DNA of 64,000 nucleotides from Octopus vulgaris. Its lineage: Eukaryota. This document shows, in pieces, positions 1 to 13,387 of the stretch (position 1 is the stretch's first letter; every line of letters starts with the position of its first letter). The notes beneath the pieces are model-generated. The model ran no database searches. It saw nothing but the letters and a program-made list of their open reading frames with translations, and was not told the DNA's origin. Made by a program: the position numbers and the translations under genes. The stretch is taken from NCBI GenBank assembly GCA_951406725.2, contig OX597832.1, forward strand, positions 64,790,001 to 64,854,000. The letters run 5' to 3'.

Positions 1-91
1 AGACACTTGCCCAAGATGCCACGCAGTGGGACTGAACCCGGAACCATGTGGTTGGTTAGCAAGCTACTTACCACACAGCCACTCCTACGCC
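1..91 (-). mobile_element. tRNA-derived SINE family A, 5' head (truncated by window edge)
   Basis: Reverse complement matches the head of the full copy at 7692 (ggcgtaggagtggctgtgtggtaagtagcttgc...ggttccgggttcagtccc, Pol III A/B-box-like). Confidence 0.85.
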
Positions 92-751
92 TATAAATAT
101 ATGCATATTTATGAACATATATATGTACACACATTCTATATATAACCTTTTATGAATATACGAATATATGTAAGTATTATATACATTACAGTCTATATGT
201 ATGTGTGAGTGTGCAAGTGCGCGTGTGTGTGTAGTTTTAAGTAGATATTTGGTGCGTGCTGTTTTACTAAGGACTATTTTTATACCAAACATACTGCAGT
301 CTATTTTGGGGTCTTGTACTGTAGATGCAGGAAACGCAAAACACCGTACCCAAATGTTGTTTTAACCGTGTAAACTCTTACCGTTAATAAAGATTATCCA
401 AACTTATCTCAACATCATAATATTTCTCATCGCTTCATTAACACCAGCGTTCACACATCATGTCAGTTATCTCAAGGAAGTATGTCCCATAACACATCTG
501 GCATGTAATGACCCAGTCAGAATATGTTTTCTAACTGCAATCAATGATTACAGGATGTGCCACTTTAGTTTATATACACACATCTTCCACTCATCCATCT
601 TTCACGGTCTGGTTGTCTTTATTTGAAGTTCTGTTAAAACGGCTTGCCTGTAATTGGGCTCGTTTGTATATGTGTATCTGTGTATGTGTGTGTGTGTGCG
701 TGTGAAATAAATATGTGTAGAATAAGAGGTAGAGTAAGGTAAGTGGAAAAT

Positions 752-839
<88 letters not shown>

Positions 840-844
840 GTATA

Positions 845-879
<35 letters not shown>

Positions 880-943
880 GTATATCTATATATATATATA
901 TATATATATACATATGTATATCTATATATATATATATATATAC

Positions 944-1021
<78 letters not shown>

Positions 1022-1022
1022 C

Positions 1023-1053
<31 letters not shown>

Positions 1054-1058
1054 GTATA

Positions 1059-1093
<35 letters not shown>

Positions 1094-1100
1094 GTATATC

Positions 1101-1157
<57 letters not shown>
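752..1157. repeat. Compound (TA)n microsatellite with periodic CATATGTATATC interruptions
   Basis: Directly visible; the source of several spurious YI-rich ORFs. Confidence 0.95.
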
Positions 1158-1265
1158 TGGCCTGCTCGTTGAGCCAGCAGGGTGACGTCATTTGAAGGCT
1201 AAAACGATGCGAAGCGCATTGTGACCAGCGATGTGTAGCAACATCTGATAGCCTGGTCAGTCAAG

Positions 1266-1343
<78 letters not shown>

Positions 1344-2089
1344 CATGTGTACATAGTTACACATGTATTCTCTGCCTCTCTCGTTATCCATACGTAGGTC
1401 CAAATATTATACGTACAAACATACGTCAATGGTTGATGATTCATACATTTGTTATTTGTAGTTTCTTACACGAGAATTACAAATGTAACCAGGGAAGCAA
1501 TTTCGTGAAACACAGGAAGCTTGCACCACCACCACAAAGAAAAATCAAACTATTTTTCTCATAGTTGTGTGGCTCATCCTGTGCTAACTACACATCGCTG
1601 AGGAGTTTTCAAAGAAACAAAACGCACCTGTATTTCTTACATAGCTGTGAAAATTCAAGCGCACTCTCTGAAGCTTATCTTCGCGCAAGATTGAGTTCAT
1701 CCCCTTGTGTCACGTTTGAGGAATAAATTCTAAAACTATAGAATGTCATTTTATAGCGTTTATATTTTAACGCTTATAATTAACAGATATTTTTAGCTCG
1801 CCATATTTCATGTGTTCCCTATCCATGACTGGTCAACATGATAGATCAAACTGGTTGGGCTGGATTGCCCATGCAGGGATTGGATTGCCCACTGTAAGGC
1901 AACAGCCTCAGCATATTCTTTTCACCAACCACGGTCTGATGTGTAGACTGTGAATTTGAGCTGAAGACCATACTAGCTTGATGAATCGACTCTGCCACAC
2001 TTGCTCGACATGGCCTGGCAATGCGGGTGGGGGGGAGCTTTCTTATACTCATACTTAGGAATGGTTAAATCTATTACATTCACACTAAC

Positions 2090-2234
2090 ATTCAATTGGT
2101 ACTTATTTTACCGACCCTGAAAAAATGAAAGGTGAAGTCGACATCAGCGGAATTTGAACTCAGAACGTCAGGACTGGTAAAATACCGCTAAGCATTTTGC
2201 CCTGCATGTTAACGATCCCGCCAGTTCGCTGCCC
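2090..2234 (-). mobile_element. SINE family B (Meta/MESC-like central domain), degenerate
   Basis: Reverse complement similar to 19405-19560 (gttctgagttcaaattccg..gtcgactt..cctttcat...aaataagtacca). Confidence 0.75.
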
Positions 2235-2652
2235 TAATCGAACAGGTTAATCCCATAATAATTTATACCATTGCTGCATGTATGCATTCTAGCGCTTTTT
2301 GTTGCATACTTTAGAGGAAATCAGTGCATAACCATTGCCGGGATATTTTACTCATCTCATTGCTCGCACATGTATCGGGGTTTATTTCTAAACACCTTCA
2401 TCAGAAAGAAAAAATAATAAACAAGAATAAATATTGAACTGATTGTATCGGTCACCATTACAACATAATTCAGTCAATGCTTATAAATATTGCGACCATC
2501 TAAAACCTAAAGGGAACGCAGATCATTATTTTTCTCACGAAGTAAAGAGTCCTTTATATAGATGTTGACATGCACAAAGTAATATGTTTGGAATGTTATT
2601 CTTTGAGAAATAACGACATATGTTGTTTCATTCTGAAACTGAAACGAAGTTT

Positions 2653-2697
2653 GTCTCCCGACTCGAGTTTCACGCAACTCCCCTCATCAGGCGAGAC
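2653..2697 (-). ncRNA. Minimal type-I hammerhead ribozyme motif (Penelope-like element/retrozyme type)
   Basis: Minus strand reads gtctcgc-CTGATGA-ggggagttgcgt-GAAA-CTCGAG-TC-gggagac. Core intact, palindromic stem III, stem I 6/7 bp, stem II degraded. Confidence 0.7.
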
Positions 2698-3636
2698 TGG
2701 GAAAACGTGCTATTATTAGGAGCGTATGAGTGAATATCTGTGTGTATATGTATACACAGCATGGGTTGTGAGTGGCCTAGAGCTTGTGTTTAATCATGGG
2801 TCAGCCTTCTAGTGCTTTTCCTTGGTTGTATATGGTATATCTGTTGTATAGCATTTCTATTTCTTGCAATTGTGGGTGCTTTGTTGGTGGTGGCCGATTT
2901 TGTTTTGTATTATTTCATGTATTATGATAATTTTTTGTTAATATATATAGAGAGGAAGAGAGGGGAGACAGAGGGCAGGAGACTGAAGAGAAAGGTAGAA
3001 ATAATGGTCTACGGGAATGAGTTAATGGCAACTATAAAAAAGATTAAGTGAAATAGATGAAGTGAATAGTGTCAGACAAATAAAAGACAAAAACGAAAAC
3101 ATTCTTAGTTACAGAGGAACTAATCGAAAGTGAATTGCAAAAGAAAGACAAAGCCTTTCCGAAAGAAGAAATCAAAATGCATGTAATTTGTAAAGTAGAA
3201 GAAGGAAGGAAAAATGACAAGGAATAAGCAAAAGCAAAAGGAAAAGTAAAAGATTACGGTGGAAAGCACAAAGCAAAATGATTAAGCATAATTGAAAGAA
3301 GATCGCAAAAAACACCTAAATAATTATGACGGGTACTAGGCTGGAATAGACATACCTAGGCGTATGTCTGCATGCGAATGTAATTGTAAACATATATAGA
3401 AATTAATGTGCCTACGTGCATATATGTGCCTGGATATGAATGCGCAGCAACGAAATTGTTAAAGGAGCGAAATATAGCTATAGCGTATGTCACTAACAGC
3501 ACTTATATTGACTAACGACTAGATAAGATTCAATGAGAGAAAGTCTTCTTTTATGGTAAATTCTAATGACCAAATGGATTATACGATTATATAGCTCGCC
3601 ACAATAACCACAATGTTTGCTGTCAAGTTCTACTAC

Positions 3637-3671
<35 letters not shown>

Positions 3672-4324
3672 CACCCGGGTGCTGTGCATGTGTGTATGTA
3701 TGTATATATATGTATATTTACATACAAATCATCAAGTTTAACAAAGCGTTCAACTATCCAAATACATGTACGAAATCTAGATTGCTACTTAAAAGCGGAA
3801 CTGTTAGTGTAGTTTGTAACATTGGTGGTATTATTAGTAGTGATATTATTTATTGTTCGAGGCGTTGGTTTGATATAAACAACAAACCGCAACGAGAGTA
3901 AGCTATTACGCACTTATAGTACTTTAATTCCATAATGTAGGGAAACGCACTTACTAACTGCGAGTTTAATGCAGTATTTTATGCAATGAAACCGTATTAA
4001 TGATATTTGTGTATGGCAATACAAGTTGGCGGAAGTGAAAAGCAACAAAAGAAAATGGTCGCTCCAACGATATAATAGAAATATGTAATGATGTGTGAAA
4101 GAGAAAAAAATAAAGAGAGAGAAAAAAAGAGGAAGAGCAGAACAAAGGTATTGTCAAAAACAGCCGTCTTTGTTAGTTTATTTCGCTTTCCACTACGTTA
4201 ATTATAACAATTGTTGTAAAAATAAAAATGGACAAAACAAAGGTAAGCATACAGAAATGAAGTGAGCTGTTCGACAAATGTGCCCGTGAGTTTGTGTGAG
4301 TATTTGCGTATGTGTATGTGCACA

Positions 4325-4378
<54 letters not shown>

Positions 4379-4588
4379 CACGTAACTCACAATTGTACAT
4401 ATCTATATGTGTGTGTGCGTAAATCTACATATGCTCATAAATGATGCACGCGTATGTATATGTGCAAATGTGTAATTATATTCACACGCTTACACAAGCA
4501 CATACACACATTCATATATATATATATATATGCATATATATGTGTGTGTGTTTGTGTGTATGTATATATATATATATATATGTATATT

Positions 4589-4619
<31 letters not shown>

Positions 4620-5788
4620 ATATATATATGTATATACTTGTTAATTTGCAAATGTGGTATTCCCTTTCATCCATATTTGTGAACCATTTACTCAATCCTC
4701 AATGCTACAGATGAATTTGCTATTTAGTATTTTCAATCCCCGTCTCCTCTCAATAGCATTGACGTTGATGAAATAAATAATTTGGTTCCTTTCTTGTATT
4801 ATTGTTGTTGGTTTGGTTGTTTTTCACAGCATCGTGAGCAACAATGCGTTGTGTCGAGTACAACTTCCTTCCAAGTCCCTTGTGGCAAATATACGAACCA
4901 CCCACCCATCCACCCCATTACTAGCACTACATTTGTGTGCTTATACGACGTTTTATTTTCTCCTTGCTATTGTAGTCTTCTTTACCCTTTTGGGAAATAA
5001 ACAAATAATATTAAAAATTGTTATCATTTTGTGTTAAGTAATTATAATTGTATTATGAGCTTTTACTCCCCATCCAAATCCAGCCCTGTGAGCCATGGGT
5101 ATGCGCTATTTCTTCTTTCTTTATCTATTGTATTGAAGTAATACATTTGGCAATATATGCACAACATTTATTTTGTGCTATTTTCCCTATAGTCTGTTCA
5201 TTTGACGATCGTTAATGGATTTGTCTGCTATTTTAAGTATTGATAGAGTACCCATTCTTTTGGGGATTACGTATGTTCCTTACCCGCCATTTTCTGGTTA
5301 TCTCTATTTCCTGATCTGATTGCGTAATCTCTCCATTCACAAATTATATAGCGTCACATATGGACTGTCACATATGACGTTTTGAGTTCAAATGTCACCG
5401 GGGTCGACTTTGCCTTTCATACTTTCGGGTTGATAAAAAAAAGTACCAAATGAGTAGTGGGAACGGGGGAATCCACTTATCCACCCCCTTGATATTTCCG
5501 GAACTGTGCTAAAAATTTGAAACCAGTATTTTATTATTACTTTATGGGTAGCGGAAAAATACCTTGAATTTTACTTCAGTGGAATTTCAGCAGAGAACAT
5601 TTCAACTTCTGTAAATAACCTGCCAATACCACGCACATGAATTACAAAGACAATGAAACGGGTGGATTGAAAGAAAACACTTTGAAATGGAAACAACTGT
5701 TTTCTGAACTCGGAACAAGCCTTCATGCTGAGGACAATTGTCTACTACCCTAACACATTGAAAGAAAAAAATGATTCTCCTGTCCTTT

Positions 5789-5838
<50 letters not shown>

Positions 5839-6036
5839 CTGTCCTTTGAAGAACTGTTGTTGTTGAGATTTGCGTTTGCTTTTACATACGAGGACCCTCA
5901 AGGAAGGAGAGTTTCGTGGATGGTCTTTATGAAGCGACAACCAAAACTCTCAACTTTGAAATCACTTTCTAACTTCTGACAATTAACATTAACGAGAAAA
6001 TGACATATCTTTACACGTCTCTACACATATAGTAAG

Positions 6037-6340
6037 CTGCGTGGTCCAGTCGTTAGGCTATTCGCCTTACAATCGTAAAGTCGCGAGATCGATTCCCAGC
6101 GGCACATTGTGCCACTGAGGAAGCATTGTATTTCATGCTGTTCCAGTACACTCAGCGGCAAACATGAATAGTAGCTGATAAGAGCCAGTCTTATATTCTG
6201 CGTCGCGCTGAATCTCCCAGAGGTCCCCATCAAGAGCACGTGTATCTGTGGAGAACTCACTTGCACTTTAATTTCATGAGCAGGCTGTTCCGTTGCTCGT
6301 TCCATCAGGCGACTTCAATGTTGTAACTGGGGGAGTGTTA
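6037..6340 (+). mobile_element. tRNA-derived SINE (family C-related), degenerate
   Basis: Head gcgtggtccagtcgttagg...tcgattccc and body gctgttccagtacactcagc resemble the copy at 11461. Confidence 0.6.
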
Positions 6341-6719
6341 GATGTATACAAAGTTATTTAATGAGTACGTGTATGTGGAGTGAATACACAAAGTACGTCT
6401 GTAAGAATACAACCATGTATATAAAGACACACACTATATTACACATGCACAATATATTATATATGCAAGCGCCTCTGATTCTACATGAGATATTTGCCAA
6501 CAGCATTCCACCATTGAATTCTACGTCTCTTCATTATAATTTTTACACTTTTTTTTTCGTTATAAACATTTTTAACAAGCAAATTAACAAATGTGCTTTA
6601 GCAAGAAATACGAGTTGCAGATACGTTTTTAACTGACACAATACGATACTTCGTATTAGCTGCATTGTAATTCATTTCTGTAATGGCTTACACATTAATA
6701 TAAGCAGTTATCACATGTG

Positions 6720-6751
<32 letters not shown>

Positions 6752-6765
6752 TGAATGCATGTATG

Positions 6766-6810
<45 letters not shown>

Positions 6811-6998
6811 GTACATAGTGAGAAATAGTGATGAATGTGATTCTTTGTACATATAAGCAGATCTACATACTGTATGTCAGTGTGCTTATATGTGAGTTTG
6901 TGTGTAAATACTATGTGAATGTAGATATATATCTATCTATATATATGTATATATATTACATATATTTGTACATATATATATACATCATATACATATGT

Positions 6999-7055
<57 letters not shown>

Positions 7056-7281
7056 TATATACATATATAGATGTATATGTATATACATATATCTATCTAT
7101 CTATCTATCTATATATATATATATATATATATAGGCCCGAAATATTGGGGTAGGTGACCAGTCGATTAGATTCACCCCAGTACGCAACTGGTACTTAATA
7201 TATACATATATAGATATAGAGGCATACATATATATACATATATAGACATATGGACATATATATATACATATACATACTTAC

Positions 7282-7316
<35 letters not shown>

Positions 7317-7325
7317 TATATATAT

Positions 7326-7500
7326 ATTTTTTTCCTCTGTCCTCCCGTCTCGTGATCTTTCTTTCTCGTATGTTTCCGACGAAGAGCTCCGCTCGAAACG
7401 TCATACCCTCCTTCTTCCATTTTCCTTAAGCGCCTAATAATAATAATACTGTAATTGTTCCACGTGTTGTTGTTTTTTCTGTTTTCCCGTTTGGATTAAC
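7326..7500 (+). mobile_element. ~180-bp hammerhead-bearing element (Penelope-like terminal remnant) inserted in (TA)n
   Basis: Homologous to the reverse complement of 32755-32932. Contains the HHR motif at 7372-7406: gttt-CCGACGA-a-gagc-tcc-gctc-GAAA-CG-TC-atac. Confidence 0.7.
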
Positions 7501-7620
7501 CTAAATATATATATATATGTACATATAAATATATATACATACACATATACATATATATATACAAATATACACATATACATATAGATACCTATAAATATGC
7601 ATTTACACATATATTTACAT

Positions 7621-7661
<41 letters not shown>

Positions 7662-7691
7662 AACATATATATACACATATATATACACATA

Positions 7692-8088
7692 GGCGCAGGA
7701 GTGGCTGTGTGGTAAGTAGCTTGCTAACCAACCACATGGTTCCGGGTTCAGTCCCACTGCGTGGCATCTTGGGCAAGTGTCTTCTGCTATAGCCCCGGGC
7801 CGACCAATGCCTTGTGAGTGGATTTGGTAGACGGAAACTGAAAGAAGCCTGTCGTATATATGTATATATGTATATATGTGTGTTTGTGTGTCTGTGTTTG
7901 TCCCCCTAGCATTGCTTGACAACCGATGCTGGTGTGTTTACGTCCCCGTCTCTTAGCGGTTCGGGAAAAGGAGACCGATAGAATAAGTACTAGGCTTACA
8001 AAGAATAAGTCCCGGGGTCGATTTGATCGACTAAAGGCGGTGCTCCAGCATGGCCGTAGCCAAATGACTGAAACAAGTAAAAGAGAAA
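7692..8088 (+). mobile_element. Full-length tRNA-derived SINE family A (CORE-like domain)
   Basis: tRNA-like head with A/B boxes, CORE-like cttgggcaagtgtctt, internal (TA/TG)n, and 3' tail cagcatggccg..aaatgactgaaacaagtaaaaga. More than 10 related copies in the window. Confidence 0.9.
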
Positions 8089-8298
8089 AAGGGTAATATG
8101 CATATACATATATATATATACATATATACATAAGCAATAATAAATCTCTGGACGAGGTATAATAGGTATGATAGGACACAGAGAGTGTGTCAATAGCCAG
8201 CTGGAGATGTTCTCCTGGGGTTACATGCTAGAGTAGAATCCACCCTTTGTGTTAGCCACATTTAAGTGGCAAATACACACATATACATATATATACAT

Positions 8299-8339
<41 letters not shown>

Positions 8340-8340
8340 A

Positions 8341-8391
<51 letters not shown>

Positions 8392-9281
8392 TATATATAT
8401 ATTTATATACATATATATACATTTACATATATATGAACATATACATACATATATATATATATACACACACACAGATACACACAGACACACACACATATAT
8501 AACTACACATTTTTGAACATACATTGCATGCGTGTGTATATATATATATTTGTGAGGAAGCCGATACGTAACTGTGATATGTGCGTTGTGTATGTCGCTT
8601 CACTGGCATCATTTGTTCTCACCAGAAATCCCATATAATGCGCAAAAACAGTAGAAACTGTTTATTTCCTACACTACAAGAAAAATTAACTATATGTTGC
8701 TCCATTAGTCTTTTAAAATGTCTATAGCGAGCTTAGAATTGAATACATTTTCTACAACAACCTCATTACAAACAGAACCGTATAATGTTTCCTCGTAGTC
8801 TTAATGGAATCCTGGAATTAGAAGAAACAGTAGTTGTACCAAACTGCTAAATTTATTACCATTAAACGAATATATTTGGTCGGAAACAAACATGGAAGTA
8901 AGCACATTTACAAAACATACATGCACAAACACAGACACACAAACATAAATATAATACGCATACAAACAAATATAGAAATAGCACCGACAAACGGGCTTAC
9001 AATATAATTGAACGTGTGTGTTTGTGTGTGTGTGTGTGTATAGTGACAACTTAATTTATATAACAACGAGAAAACCCAGAACACGTGAGCATGGGAGAAT
9101 GCGAAATACTAAATGCGTAAAAATCATGGCGTATAACTTGTATCACTGCCGTACACACACACACACACACACACACATTTATTTATATACATACATATAT
9201 ATATACGGTACTGTGAGTGTGTGTATAATTTGTATGTTCATGCATGTGTGAATTTGTGTGGGTTTGAATTAAACTAAATAC

Positions 9282-9360
9282 ATATGCGGGTGTATTTCAT
9301 GATATGTATTGGGTAGGTAGTATACATACTCAATACATATCATGAAATATACCCGCATAT
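9282..9360. repeat. Near-perfect 38-bp-arm palindrome
   Basis: atatgcgggtgtatttcatgatatgtattgggtaggta / tacatactcaatacatatcatgaaatatacccgcatat; 3 differences, 3-nt loop. Confidence 0.9.
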
Positions 9361-9490
9361 ATATATGTATACTACCTACCTACCTACCAACCTACGTGTG
9401 TTTATGTGTAAATACCCACAAATTATATTTCGTATTTATAGATACATTTATATATGTATATTGATGTGCCTAAATATATTTCTAACAGTC

Positions 9491-9527
<37 letters not shown>

Positions 9528-9766
9528 TACATACATACATTCATACATACATACATACATACATACATACTTGTAGGTAAGTATGTGAGCATATTTGCAT
9601 AAATGTATATGTAATAGTGTGTGTGTAAGTGTATATGACTGTGTGTAAGTGTTATATATATACACAGATATATATAGTGTATATATATATAATATAAAAA
9701 TATATATATATACATGTATATACATAGTGTGCATATACAATTTACAATATATATGTATGTATATTA

Positions 9767-9810
<44 letters not shown>

Positions 9811-10448
9811 GATCTCTGAAATGTGCTCATTACTCATATCAGTACTGTCACGTACAGGTATAAAATTATTTACACAAAACCTGACACAACACACATATGT
9901 CCATAGACATACACATACATTAATGCAGGTGGTATTTTATTCTAATTGTTTCTGTAGCAGCTCATTTAGTGTCTTTTATTTTTTTGTACATTTGTCGGTG
10001 CATTTTTTATTGCTTTCAGCTTTCTGACGAAGATAACATGTAGTCTTGTAAATATTGCAAAGCAAGCATTTTGCAAGACTAACAAATATTTTTAGACCTC
10101 ATACAGACTGCCAGTAGCATTTAGAGAGAGAGGGGGGGGAGAGACAGAGAGGGACAGGGAGAGAGAGAGGGACAGGGGGAGAGAGAGAAAGACAGAAAGA
10201 GAGAGAGAGAGATGCTGAAAGGTCGGACAAATCAAAGTGTATTTGGAATATCGCAAAATGAAATGGCAATCAGAAGAGGAATAGAACAAACAAAAACGGA
10301 AGCAAATGACGCAATCGTATTCTGCCCAGAATTCTTCAGAAGGTAAATATTTGTGTGTGTGTATGTGTAAATGTATATACATATGACCGTGTGTGTGTGT
10401 GTGTGTGTGTGTGTGGTAATAAACATAGTTTTTTTCTTATGTACACGC

Positions 10449-10481
<33 letters not shown>

Positions 10482-11460
10482 CAAATACGTATAAACAAAC
10501 GCATGTATATGGTCTTGAATACCAACACAGTATATGCACATTTATATGTGTGTCTATATTTACACGCGTAACTATATGCATACAGCATACACGCAAATTA
10601 ATTTATACACCCTCAAATATACAGATACACATACATATAAACATTCTTTTATACAAGCGTAGGTATGAATTATGCGCAGAAATGTGCGCCTATATTTATA
10701 CACATACTATAAATATGCGCGTGCATACGGTAAATTATGTGTGTGTATTTGTGTGTTGTTTTGTATATGTGTGTGTACGTATCACGTCAAGAAATACTAA
10801 AGAAATATTAAAGCGATTTTTCGGACCATTGCAACAACGAAGAGTATATACTAGAGAAAAACAGAGAAAAGAAAAAAATAAGAGGAAACAAACACATTAT
10901 CGAAAATGAACGATGCTCAGTAGTATAAATATAAAAACCAATGCTGCTACTTCGTATGTTCCTACATAACGTAGGAACAGTGAAAGTGTCTAGTTGCCAA
11001 TTACTGAATTAATGCTATTTTAGCGTCAAATTTCTCCGAACGCCCTAAGTAATTTTTTTCGTTTCTTATCTCTACTCGGGAAAAACGGTAAATTACTGAC
11101 TTTTGTGATATTTTCGTTCCTACACGCAGAATCTAAAATTGCTGATGATAGCAAATGAAAATCTGTTCTTACTTCATGAACACCTCTCATTTAATAAATG
11201 AAAGAAAACAGATGTACACATTTTTGGTGTAGTTCTATTTTCTATAACATGTGATATCTGCGAAGGTGCATGATCTGGTGGTTAGGGTGTTTCGATTCTC
11301 GGAGCGGGCGGTGCATTATGTTGTTGAACAAAACATTTTATTTTACATCATTCCCAGTCGATAAAGCTGTAAATAAGTTCCATCAACGGCTGGGAATCTT
11401 ACCTTGCCATGGATTGTTGGCAAGAAAACACAGTTAAACACCTGCTTTATGAGTCTGAGT

Positions 11461-11706
11461 GGAGGTGCGTGGCTTAGTGGTTAGGGTGTTGAACTCATGA
11501 TCGTAAGATTGTGGTTTCGATTCCAGGACCGGGCGATGCGTTGTGTTCTTGAACAAAACACTTCATTTCACGTTGCTCCAGTCCCCTCAGCTGGCAAAAA
11601 TGAGTAATCCTGCGACAGACCGGCGTCCCGTCCAGGTGAGGAATTTCTACGTCACTGAAACTGGGAAACCGGCCCTTAAGAGCCTGGCATGACTCGAGAA
11701 GGAACA
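11461..11706 (+). mobile_element. tRNA-derived SINE family C (V-domain-like); a decayed copy lies just upstream at ~11262-11400
   Basis: A box tggcttagtggttagg, B box gtttcgattcc, V-SINE-like cctgcgacagaccggcgtcccgtccagg. The tail ...ctcgagaaggaac is shared with 54089-54384. Confidence 0.8.
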
Positions 11707-11966
11707 ATTTTTTTTTATGAGTCTGAAGGGGTCATATGCAGAACTAAGTCTATATAACTGTGGAGGAAGAAATGGGGGAATCAAGACAACAAGGAATCTG
11801 TAATATTGCAACGTTCTATCAAAAATACCCGGTGATATGACGATGCTGCTTACCTTCTTTTAGGAAAGGCCCAATGCCAGCTATTCCTCGTTTTAATCGG
11901 CTTAAACCATCGGCAGAAAATCTTAATGGTAATGGTCCCTGCCTGAGTAAGTGGTAAAGACTGTCG

Positions 11967-11968
<2 letters not shown>

Positions 11969-12014
<46 letters not shown>

Positions 12015-12025
12015 GCTACTACTAC
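11969..12025. repeat. (CTA)n microsatellite
   Basis: Directly visible. Confidence 0.95.
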
Positions 12026-12030
12026 ATATG

Positions 12031-12252
12031 ATTTAAATGCAGTGCCATCTTCAGCTGCACGAAATATAGAATATTTTAAACACTCTCCTACAAAAGAAAT
12101 TTCTTCCTAATTCTTACTGTTAAAATATTTAAGAAAAATTATATTAATATGTCCTACTTGTTAAAAAATCCATATTTTGTGCAGCTAAAGTGCATTTAAA
12201 TTGGTGATTGCATTGTCCATTTAAATGGAGCCGCCTGAAACGGTCGTACTGC
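12031..12252. mobile_element. Inverted pair of decayed hammerhead-containing Penelope-like termini
   Basis: 12031-12080 and 12160-12201 are imperfect inverted repeats. The minus copy keeps gcag-CTGAAGA-tggc; the plus copy keeps gcc-t-GAAA-CGGTCG-TA-ctgc. Confidence 0.55.
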
Positions 12253-12879
12253 GTTACTACTTGATATCCTGTTGCTTATTTTGCTTTTATTCACCTTATT
12301 TCGAGCTCTGCGGATAATACCGGACTGACTTGGTGTTTCAACTGAAGAACCTAGTTCAACTGAATCTTAATTATATATATATATATTACACAACGAGCGC
12401 TTGCACAGTTTTTTCTTCGAAATTCATTTCACTCAGACGTCATTGTTCGACCTTGGGCTATAGTAGATAAAACAATCCCTAGGTGCTACACCGTCAGACT
12501 GAACCCGAATCCAGGTAGTTTCAAGGAAGTTGCTTAACCGCAAAATCATTGTCTGCGCGTAAATCTTTCTATAAATTTCATAAAATTTTGGAAATAGTTA
12601 CTTACAAGTCACATACGAAGCTGAGTGGGCTCATTAATTCATGTTAATCGAAATATATTGACAAAACTACTTTACGTTCTCCGTCATATTCTAGCAGACA
12701 AAATAAATAAAATTTAAAGGGAAGAAAATATCATGACAAGAATAAAAAAGCCAAATAAATATACACACAATCAAAATTTCTAAAATTGATAAATATATAA
12801 AATAAAATAAAAATGACAATCATAAATGCAGAAAAGAATAAATATTTTACTCTCAATTATAAATACACACAAACACAAA

Positions 12880-12912
<33 letters not shown>

Positions 12913-13292
12913 TTCTCTTTAATCGTTTGTTTCAATGATTAGACTGCAGCCATGCTGGGGCAACGGCATGAAGAATTTTTAGTTGAATGAATCGATCGCA
13001 GTACTTATTCTATCGGATTTATTTTGCCCAACCGCTAAGTTATATTCACGTAAACAGACGAACGTCGATTGTCAAACGGTAGGGCTGCCCAAAAGCAGAC
13101 AATTCTACCCCCATATATATATATATTTATATATATATATATATACGATGGGCTTCTTTCAGTTTCCGTCTACCGAATCCACTTTGCTTGGCCTGAGGCT
13201 ATAGTAGCAGACACTTGCTCAAGGTGTTAAACAGTGCAATTGAACTTGGAGCTACGTGGCTGAGAAGCAAGCTACTTACCACACAGCCACGC
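12913..13292 (-). mobile_element. SINE family A, near full length, diverged (another remnant at ~12395-12560)
   Basis: Reverse-complement similarity to 7692-8088. Confidence 0.85.
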
Positions 13293-13352
13293 TTGAAAAT
13301 AAATATATATGCATATTTTAAAAAAGAATGTATTAATGATAAAACCAATAGC

Positions 13353-13387
<35 letters not shown>

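Noticed and set aside
7692-7765. tRNA genes (also 11461-11535 and 54310-54384)
   Set aside because: A/B boxes are present but continue into SINE bodies, and no complete cloverleaf is evident. These are SINE heads.
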